From positions 8 to 64,007 of the forward strand of contig JAZQQH010000132.1 of assembly GCA_045628985.1 (NCBI GenBank): DNA of 64,000 bases. Reading direction: 5' to 3'. Each line of letters begins with the position of its first letter. Within the stretch, counting starts at the first letter, position 1. The notes under the pieces were generated by a model, which had not been told where the DNA came from, did not search any database, and saw nothing but the letters and a program-made list of their open reading frames with translations. The translations under genes were made by a program, and so were the position numbers. This stretch comes from Bacteroidales bacterium. GTDB taxonomy: Bacteria; Bacteroidota; Bacteroidia; Bacteroidales; UBA3663. Shown here one piece after another: positions 56,617-64,000 of the stretch.

Positions 56617-58950
56617 ATGAGATTCTTAACTAATCTTTCCCGTTTGTGTGCTTTGGCGCTTGTCTGCCTTTGTTGCGCTTCTGTAGCCATTGCACAGGAT
56701 GGACGACCTTTCGGTTGGGCTTGTAGCAGCTCTGCTACATCGGGTGATGACTATCAACTGACTGGCGGCGGCGATGGCAAGCGTATTACTCTGACGTCGA
56801 CAGGCAATGACATGCGCAAGGAGATTACCAACGCTGTCAAGAAGTACGATGTGGTGATTCTGGATGGTTCAAAGGGAGATTTCTTCGTCTCTACGTCCAT
56901 CTCGCTCTCCAATCTGCAGAATAAATCCATCGTCGGTATCAATGGAGCTCGTATCTGCACGCAGTTCTACATCACTCCGGAGATTCACCAGATGCTGGTC
57001 GATGTTGGTGCGCTTGAGGCTTCTACTTCGTCTGGCACAGGAGGAACATTGAAGGTCGGAGATGAAGAAGTCAAGATCTCGGAGGAGTGTGAGTTCCTTT
57101 GCCGTAGTACGATTTATAAGGCATGGGGCAATGAGGACTATCGAGAATCTGGCATCTTTAAACTCAGCCATTGTGAGAATTTCATTATCCGAAACCTGAA
57201 GCTGGCAGGACCTGGTTCCATTGATGTGAGTGGCAATGATGTCCTTTCGGTCATCGCCTGCAAGCATGTATGGATTGACCATTGTGACTTGACTGATGGT
57301 ATGGATGGCAACATGGATATCACGCAGGGCTCGGACTTCATCACCGTGTCGTGGTGTACGTTCAGCTATACTGAGCGAGCTTTCATCCATCAGAACACCA
57401 ATCTGGTGGGGCATAGTGACAACTCCAAGATGGACGATGGCCTTCTACACGTTACCTATGCTTATAATGTCTGGGGTCATGGTTGCCGCGCCCGCATGCC
57501 TATGGTTCGCTTTGGCACGGTGCATCTGCTCAACAACTACTATAACTGTGTGGGTAACCTGACGCCTTGCATCAATGCTCGCAAGAACTCTTCCCTGCTT
57601 ATCGAAGGTAACTATTTCGAGAAAGGTATCACTCGTATCTTTGCACAGAAAGATGCTACCATCTGGGTGTGGGATAAGAGCAACAATGTCAATGAGAAGT
57701 TCGAGCCATCGAGTCAGGGACAGCTCTCTATACCTTATAAATATATACGCGAGAAGGCTGACAAGCTGCCAGCACTCCTGACTGGTAGTCATGGCGCAGG
57801 TGCAACCTTAGGAGACCCTTTGGCCAATAATGATACTGTAAGATATGAGGTTCTGAAGTCAATGCCAGCTTACTACGAGCAGCTGAGATCGCAGCTCACT
57901 TATCCAATGGCTTGGCGAAATGCTGGTATTCGCAAGTTTAATGTCTGGCGTGCAAAGGCGCGTCAGACAGTTTTTGATTTGATGGGAAATCTTCCTCCTG
58001 CGCCAAAGAACTATGACATGAAGGTGGTTGATGCGGAGCAGCGTGAGGGATATACGGCTTATAAGATTGAGTTTAATATCTCCGAGTGGACCCGCATCCC
58101 TGCGTATCTTCTCGTTCCGGGCAACAACTCCTCACTCCTCACTCCTCACTCCTCACTCCCCCCGATGCCTGCCATCGTGGCTCTCCACGATCATGGCGCA
58201 CATTTCAGCATTGGTAAGGAGAAGATGATCCGTCCATTCAAGGTTTCTTCTGCTATCTTGGAAGACGCTCAGTCATGGGCAGATAAGAATTATGACGGTG
58301 TATTCTTTGGCGATTATCTGGCTAGTCAGGGTTTTGTTGTGTTGGCCATAGATGCACTCTTCTGGGGAGAGCGAGGCCGTAAGGAAGGTGTTGACTATGA
58401 CGCTCAGCAGGCCTTAGCGTCGAACTTCCTGCAGATGGGAACCAATTGGGGTTCCATCATCAATATCGAGGACATCCGTTCTGCCGAGTTCCTGGCATCT
58501 CTGCCTTTTGTCGATGCGAAGCGCATCGGCTGTTGTGGCCATTCGATGGGTGGCTATCGCTCTTGGATGCTGGCTGCGCTCAGTGACGTCATCTCGGCCA
58601 GCGCCAATATCTGTTGGATGAATGATACGGATCACCTCATGACCTTGACCAACAATCAGAACCGTGGTGGTTCTGCTTATTCCATGCTTATTCCGGGCTT
58701 GCGTAACTATCTTGATTATGCCGATGTTGCAGCTATGGCTTGTCCGAAACCTACCTTATTTTTTAATGGTACGAGCGATAAACTGTTCCCTGTTGAGGGA
58801 GTGGAAAAGGCTTATCAATCAATGCAAAAGGTCTGGGATAGTCAGAAAGCAAAAGACAATCTGGTGACGAAGATTTGGGAAGAGAAGCACTTTTTCAATA
58901 AGCAGCAACAAAAAGAAGTGCTGGATTTCTTCACCCAGCACTTAAAGTAA
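56617..58950 (+). CDS. PL1 pectate lyase fused to an alpha/beta-hydrolase (dienelactone hydrolase/esterase-like)
   Basis: Signal peptide; VWIDHC, DGNMD, RMPMVRFG PL1 motifs; C-half LHDHG and GHSMGG nucleophile elbow. Confidence 0.88.
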   Translation: MRFLTNLSRLCALALVCLCCASVAIAQDGRPFGWACSSSATSGDDYQLTGGGDGKRITLTSTGNDMRKEITNAVKKYDVVILDGSKGDFFVSTSISLSNLQNKSIVGINGARICTQFYITPEIHQMLVDVGALEASTSSGTGGTLKVGDEEVKISEECEFLCRSTIYKAWGNEDYRESGIFKLSHCENFIIRNLKLAGPGSIDVSGNDVLSVIACKHVWIDHCDLTDGMDGNMDITQGSDFITVSWCTFSYTERAFIHQNTNLVGHSDNSKMDDGLLHVTYAYNVWGHGCRARMPMVRFGTVHLLNNYYNCVGNLTPCINARKNSSLLIEGNYFEKGITRIFAQKDATIWVWDKSNNVNEKFEPSSQGQLSIPYKYIREKADKLPALLTGSHGAGATLGDPLANNDTVRYEVLKSMPAYYEQLRSQLTYPMAWRNAGIRKFNVWRAKARQTVFDLMGNLPPAPKNYDMKVVDAEQREGYTAYKIEFNISEWTRIPAYLLVPGNNSSLLTPHSSLPPMPAIVALHDHGAHFSIGKEKMIRPFKVSSAILEDAQSWADKNYDGVFFGDYLASQGFVVLAIDALFWGERGRKEGVDYDAQQALASNFLQMGTNWGSIINIEDIRSAEFLASLPFVDAKRIGCCGHSMGGYRSWMLAALSDVISASANICWMNDTDHLMTLTNNQNRGGSAYSMLIPGLRNYLDYADVAAMACPKPTLFFNGTSDKLFPVEGVEKAYQSMQKVWDSQKAKDNLVTKIWEEKHFFNKQQQKEVLDFFTQHLK

Positions 58951-60606
58951 TCATTTCTTATTTCTTTCCAGCTCCTGCAGGTTCTCCAGTTTCTTCTTCT
59001 CAAGGAACTCATAGATGCCACACAGGTGCTCACGAACTTTTCCTTCGCCAAACTCATAGACTTTCTCGACCAGTCCGTCGAGGAAGTCTCGGTCGTGACT
59101 GACGACGATGAGTGTGCCATCATAATCTTTCAAGGCCTGCTTGAGAATGTCCTTGGTCTTCATGTCGAGGTGGTTGGTCGGCTCGTCGAGGATCAGGAGG
59201 TTGACTGGTTCGAGCAGGAGTTTGACCATGCAGAGACGCACGCGCTCACCGCCTGAGAGCACCTTGACCTTCTTTTGAGTATCCTCACCTCCGAACATGA
59301 ATGCACCGAGGAGGTCGGAGATCTTCTTGCGGATCTCACCCACGGCAATATCATCGATGGTCTGGTAGACGGTTGCTTCTTCATCGAGCAATGACGCTGA
59401 GTTCTGAGCGAAATAGCCGATCTGCACGTTGTGTCCGACGGTCAGTTCGCCGGTGTGCTGAATCTCATTCATAATGGCCTTGACCATGGTCGACTTGCCC
59501 TCTCCGTTTTTGCCAACAAAGGCAATCTTTTGTCCGCGTTCAATCATGAAGGTGGCGTTGTGGAAGATGCAGTCCTCCTCAGTCAATGGCTTTGTGTAGC
59601 CGGCGCCCATGCTGTCAGCAATGACTGGATAGGTGCCACTGCGAGGTGAAGGTGGGAACTTGAGACGAAGTGCTGAGGTGTCTTCTTCGTCAACTTCCAC
59701 GAGTTCAAGTTTCTCGAGCCACTTAACTTTGCTCTGCACCTGGAAGGTCTTTGAATATGTTCCCTTGAAGCGCTCAATGAATTCCTTGGCTTCCGCAATC
59801 TGCTTCTGCTGGTCTTCATACTGTTTCTGCTGCTGTTCACGACGCTCCTTACGAAGTTCCAGATAATGGCTGTACTTGGCTTTGTAGTCATAAATACGGC
59901 CTAAGGTGACTTCGATGGTTCGGGTGGTGATAGTATCGACAAATTTACGGTCGTGCGAGATAAGGACCACAGCCATCGGAGAGTTGGTGATGAAATCCTC
60001 TAACCAGCCGATGGATTCGATGTCAAGGTGATTGGTTGGCTCGTCGAGCAACAATACATCAGGATTCTGGAGCAGCAGTTTGGCCAACTCAATACGCATA
60101 CGCCAGCCTCCGCTGAACTCTGAAGTCTGGCGGTTGAAGTCTGAGCGCTTAAAGCCGAGTCCGAGCAAAGCCTTCTCGACATCTTCCTCGAAGTGAGTCA
60201 TATCGATGGCATAGAACTTTTCGCTCATGGCAGTGACTTTCTCGATCAATGCCATATAATCTTCGCTTTCGTAGTCGGTGCGAGTGGCCAGCTCGTTGTT
60301 CAGTTCCTCAATCTGCGCCTCCATCTCGTGGAGGTGCGAGAAGGCCTGGCTTGCTTCCTCGAAGACGGTGCGGCCATCTTCGGTCATCAGGTGCTGAGGC
60401 AGGTAACAGATGGTGCAGTCTTTAGGTGCTGACACACTGCCGCGAGTGGCGGTACGTACGCCTGCAAGAATTTTCAGCAAGGTACTTTTACCGGCACCAT
60501 TTTTGCCCATCAAAGCAATACGGTCTCTCTCATTGATTACAAATGATACGTCCTTGAAGAGGGTGCTGCCTCCAAATTCGACTGTTAATCCGTCTACGCT
60601 TACCAT
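58951..60606 (-). CDS. ABC-F family ATP-binding protein
   Basis: Two NBDs (GKNGAGKST, FSGGW, LDEPTNHLD; GKNGEGKST, LSGGE), no TM. Confidence 0.95.
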   Translation of the reverse strand: MVSVDGLTVEFGGSTLFKDVSFVINERDRIALMGKNGAGKSTLLKILAGVRTATRGSVSAPKDCTICYLPQHLMTEDGRTVFEEASQAFSHLHEMEAQIEELNNELATRTDYESEDYMALIEKVTAMSEKFYAIDMTHFEEDVEKALLGLGFKRSDFNRQTSEFSGGWRMRIELAKLLLQNPDVLLLDEPTNHLDIESIGWLEDFITNSPMAVVLISHDRKFVDTITTRTIEVTLGRIYDYKAKYSHYLELRKERREQQQKQYEDQQKQIAEAKEFIERFKGTYSKTFQVQSKVKWLEKLELVEVDEEDTSALRLKFPPSPRSGTYPVIADSMGAGYTKPLTEEDCIFHNATFMIERGQKIAFVGKNGEGKSTMVKAIMNEIQHTGELTVGHNVQIGYFAQNSASLLDEEATVYQTIDDIAVGEIRKKISDLLGAFMFGGEDTQKKVKVLSGGERVRLCMVKLLLEPVNLLILDEPTNHLDMKTKDILKQALKDYDGTLIVVSHDRDFLDGLVEKVYEFGEGKVREHLCGIYEFLEKKKLENLQELERNKK

Positions 60607-60799
60607 CTTTTATCTTTATTTTTTGTGCCACGAGTGGCATTATTTCTGTTCGATTCTTAACTTATCTTTTGAAAAACTGCGCAAAGATACGAAAAAAAAT
60701 CGAAATGAGCATATTATTTGGCGAAAATAGGAACTAATATTTTGTTCTCCAACGCTTTTTTACTACCTTTGTGCTCGAAAAAACTCTAACGAATATCCT

Positions 60800-61879
60800 A
60801 TGAATCGATTTATATTACCTTTTTTTCTGGTCTTAACGACTCTCTGCTGTCTGTGGTCGTGCAGCAAGGGTGAAGACTCTGAGAAGATAGGGCAACCTTA
60901 TGTGGTTAAAGGAACTGTCATGTTGGACAGTTCTTGGGTAATGAATAACAAGTTGGTGTTGTTCGCAGACAATCATCGTGCACTGAAGATGGACACAATT
61001 GAACTGTCTCCAGAGGGTAGTTTTGAGTTTGAAGGTCATACTTTGGGTCTCGATGAACTGTATTTGTGTGGCGAACAGGGCGAACTTTGCCGATTCTATG
61101 CATCAGGTGGCATGGAAGTCAATCTTTCTGTCTCTGTCTCAGCAGAGAATGGTGTAAAGACGCAGTTTTTAGCTTCGTCGCTTGACTCCATTAATGGTTG
61201 GTTACAGGAGAATAGCGGTATTATTAAGAATGATGCTAAGGAATGTCGACAGTGGTTGGAAACAAAAATAGCAGAGAATCCGATGGATGTGCGACTTGCG
61301 CTTCTGCTACGTGACCAGTTAGAATTGATCAATGATTCTTTGTACATTCGTCAGACTTTAGGAGGTTTGAAGGATGAGGCCAAACCAGATTGGCTGAAGA
61401 AGTCTTTCGATGCTACGCTCAGTGCTATGAGTGCTGGTAAAAATAACTTTAATCGACGACTCCTTAATGCCACATTCGAGACTAAGGATACGATCATTGA
61501 TCTGTCAACATCTCGCTCCGACTATATGCTGGTCTGCTTTTGGGCCGACTATTCAAAACCTTCGATTGATACATTACGCGCTTTGGCTAATCTGCTCAGC
61601 AAAGAATATGAAGGCAAGCGACTTTCATTTATGTCATGCTGTCTCCATGCCGAAGATAGTGCGATGTGGCGTATCCGCATCAACTTCTTGGACGGTCAGC
61701 ATACTTGGGTCAAAGGCGGATTCAGTGACTCGCGTATGAGAGCTTGGAACATTCAGCAGGTTCCATCGGTGATTCTGATGGATATGTACTGCAATCAGAT
61801 GCAGAAGAATGTCTGGGGAGGCGAACTGCGTAAAGCGCTAGATCGTGTGCCAAACCGTATTGGATACCAGAAGAAATAA
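60800..61879 (+). CDS. Lipoprotein with DUF4369-like N-domain and a thioredoxin-like (TlpA) fold lacking CxxC
   Basis: Lipobox LWS-C; VCFWADYSKPS in place of FWASWCxxC; IQQVPSVILMD; TACCTTTG promoter at 60764. Confidence 0.7.
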   Translation: MNRFILPFFLVLTTLCCLWSCSKGEDSEKIGQPYVVKGTVMLDSSWVMNNKLVLFADNHRALKMDTIELSPEGSFEFEGHTLGLDELYLCGEQGELCRFYASGGMEVNLSVSVSAENGVKTQFLASSLDSINGWLQENSGIIKNDAKECRQWLETKIAENPMDVRLALLLRDQLELINDSLYIRQTLGGLKDEAKPDWLKKSFDATLSAMSAGKNNFNRRLLNATFETKDTIIDLSTSRSDYMLVCFWADYSKPSIDTLRALANLLSKEYEGKRLSFMSCCLHAEDSAMWRIRINFLDGQHTWVKGGFSDSRMRAWNIQQVPSVILMDMYCNQMQKNVWGGELRKALDRVPNRIGYQKK

Positions 61880-61903
61880 CACATTATATAATTACCCCCT
61901 TAG

Positions 61904-63442
61904 ATGGTTGTCAAAACAATTACTGCTGCCCTTCAGGGTATCAATGCCACTGTGGTTCATTGCGAGACAGTGACTGCTCCAGGTATACGTTGCATCATGA
62001 TCGGATTGCCCGATATGGCAGTCAAAGAGAGTCGTGACCGTTTGGAAAGCGCTATGCTTGAGTCTGGAGTAAAGTTCCCGCGCAAGGCTGTTACAATTAA
62101 TCTTGCGCCAGCCGACATTCGCAAGGAAGGTGCCTTGTATGACGTCCCGATTGCCGTGGCAGTTTTGGCTGCCGATGGCGTTATTCCGGCCGACAAGCTT
62201 GATAAATACATGCTGGTGGGAGAGTTGTCGCTCGATGGCGCGGTTAAACCCGTCAAGGGTTGCCTGCCGTTTGCGATCCTGGCACGAGAGATGGGCCTGC
62301 AGGGTATCATTGTGCCAAGAGAGAATGGCGTTGAGGCTGCGGTAGTCAACAACCTGGAGGTCCGTGTTGCTGATCGTTTGCGTGACGTAATCGGTTTTAT
62401 GAAAGGAGAGTCGGAACTTGAACTCCTTCAGCTCGATACACGTGAGATTTTCCGTCAGGCAGAACGTCACTACTCTTGTGATTTTAAAGATGTTAAAGGC
62501 CAGGCGGTTGTAAAGCGTGCATTTGCCATAGCTGCTTCCGGAGGTCACAATCTCATCATGGTAGGTCCTCCTGGTGCCGGAAAGTCCATGATGGCCAAGT
62601 GTCTGCCATCCATTCTTCCTCCATTATCTTTAGGAGAAGCACTCGAAACGACCAAGATTCATTCCGTAGCAGGCTTTCGCTCAGAGACAGGACTGATCAC
62701 ACAACGTCCATTCCGATCTCCACATCATACGGTTTCCTCCGTTGCTTTGATCGGAGGTGGAACGAACCCGATACCGGGAGAAGTTTCTCTTGCTCATAAC
62801 GGAGTTCTTTATCTTGACGAGCTGCCTGAGTTCGCAAAATCGGTGCTCGAAGTGTTGCGTCAGCCGCTTGAAGACCGACAGATCACCATTGCCCGTGCAA
62901 AGAATACCGTGACCTACCCTTCGTCGTTGATGCTTGTGGCCTCGATGAACCCATGCCCATGTGGCTATTACAATCATCCGACTCATCCTTGTGTCTGCAC
63001 GGAGACTCAGGTCCGTAAGTACTTAGGGCGTGTTTCTGGTCCTTTGCTTGATCGCATCGACCTTCAGATTGATATTGTCCCGCTCAGTTTTGAAGAAGTT
63101 AGTAGGACGACTGTCGCTGAATCTTCTGAAGAGATTCGTAAACGTGTGGTTCGTGCGCGACAGATTCAGGATGTGCGATTCAAGGATCATCCTTTGATTC
63201 ATAATAACGCTCAAATGACATCGGCCATGATCCGAGAGTATTGTGTGCTCGATGAGAAGTCGTTGAATCTTCTGAAGAAAGCGATGACCAAACTCGACCT
63301 TTCCGCTCGCGCTTATGACCGAATCCTCAAGGTCGCGCGTACCATTGCAGATTATGAAGGTTGCGAGAATATCTCATCTGCGCATATTGCAGAGGCAATT
63401 TCATATCGCAATCTGGATCGAAGTTCATGGGGACAGGGTTAA
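61904..63442 (+). CDS. comM: YifB/ComM Mg-chelatase-like AAA ATPase
   Basis: IGLPDMAVKESRDR, GPPGAGKSM, RPFRSPHH, LYLDELPEF, NPCPCGY, GPLLDRID. Confidence 0.93.
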   Translation: MVVKTITAALQGINATVVHCETVTAPGIRCIMIGLPDMAVKESRDRLESAMLESGVKFPRKAVTINLAPADIRKEGALYDVPIAVAVLAADGVIPADKLDKYMLVGELSLDGAVKPVKGCLPFAILAREMGLQGIIVPRENGVEAAVVNNLEVRVADRLRDVIGFMKGESELELLQLDTREIFRQAERHYSCDFKDVKGQAVVKRAFAIAASGGHNLIMVGPPGAGKSMMAKCLPSILPPLSLGEALETTKIHSVAGFRSETGLITQRPFRSPHHTVSSVALIGGGTNPIPGEVSLAHNGVLYLDELPEFAKSVLEVLRQPLEDRQITIARAKNTVTYPSSLMLVASMNPCPCGYYNHPTHPCVCTETQVRKYLGRVSGPLLDRIDLQIDIVPLSFEEVSRTTVAESSEEIRKRVVRARQIQDVRFKDHPLIHNNAQMTSAMIREYCVLDEKSLNLLKKAMTKLDLSARAYDRILKVARTIADYEGCENISSAHIAEAISYRNLDRSSWGQG

Positions 63443-63650
63443 TCGACTCCTTTATAATATATATAAGGTACGCGTGCGATATTTTGGCGATTTTTTGCTG
63501 AAAAATGAGTCATTTTGCGATTCCTCGATCTGGATTTCTGAAAAAGTCCTCTCGTCGAGGTCGTCTTGGAATGTTTAAATGGCAAAAGATGGCGTAATTA
63601 GGACGATTTTTAATAGATTTTAATAAAAAACGGAAAAAGTTGTCGAAAAA

Positions 63651-63748
63651 TTTGGAGATACAAAAATTTGGTCGTATCTTTGCACCCGCTAACAAGGAAA
63701 TAGTTGAGTTATCAACAATCTTTTTGGCAAAAACTAAGTTCTTTGAAA
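63651..63748 (+). promoter_or_regulatory. rRNA operon promoter and boxA-like antitermination site
   Basis: TTTG at 63651, TATCTTTG at 63675-63682, gttctttgaaa at 63738-63748. Confidence 0.7.
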
Positions 63749-63896
63749 TATTAAAGATTGATAGAATAGCAAGTAGTACAAGTAGAGTAAGGAGCAGTAA
63801 TGCTCAAGAGTCTACCGTCAAAATTCCATTTGGAAATTGAATTGCCAGAATCAAACAAGTCTATAAGTCCTTCGGGACATATAAACGATAAGAAAT

Positions 63897-64000
63897 ACAA
63901 CGAAGAGTTTGATCCTGGCTCAGGATGAACGCTAGCGACAGGCCTAACACATGCAAGTCGAGGGAGATCCCTTCGGGGAGAGACCGGCGCACGGGTGAGT
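63897..64000 (+). rRNA. rrs: 16S rRNA gene, 5' end (runs off the window)
   Basis: agagtttgatcctggctcag (27F site) at 63904, then gatgaacgctagc...acacatgcaagtcg...accggcgcacgggtgagt. Confidence 0.98.

Noticed and set aside
1..64000. tRNA genes, reverse transcriptase/DGR/retron, invertible promoters
   Set aside because: I recognised no cloverleaf, RT motif in an appropriate ORF, or promoter flanked by inverted repeats by eye; a dedicated scan could still find weak cases.

Overview
A 64 kb chromosomal window from a Bacteroidales bacterium (Prevotella/Bacteroides-like gene set, TAnnTTTG promoters). Left to right it contains: a 1260-aa surface lipoprotein and a small partner lipoprotein; gdhA; tex; a probable stand-alone sRNA; and a conserved housekeeping block (yidD-rnpA-hemD-DUF4271-EEP-2x rhomboid; ftsX-uppP-truB-queA-folK-sppA-lpxK-PNP-thiL-mnmA). 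An ~8 kb accessory/defence island (25.5-33.5 kb) follows. It holds a VapE/VirE-type ATPase followed by TCCTTCAC-rich palindromic elements, whose 119-bp direct repeats bracket a broken ATPase cassette. It also holds a minus-strand operon: DUF3791-DUF3990-DUF3791-like genes, a ~220-nt pseudoknot-capable structured leader, and a restriction-modification enzyme fused to a LexA/UmuD-type S24 peptidase domain. After the island come a complete fructan PUL, a divergent pectin PUL with a PL1 lyase-esterase fusion, an ABC-F gene, a thioredoxin-like lipoprotein, comM/yifB and the start of a 16S rRNA gene. Short tandem repeats (7-11 nt) fill many gene junctions and sit in-frame inside four genes. All family names come from motif recognition by eye, not from database searches.
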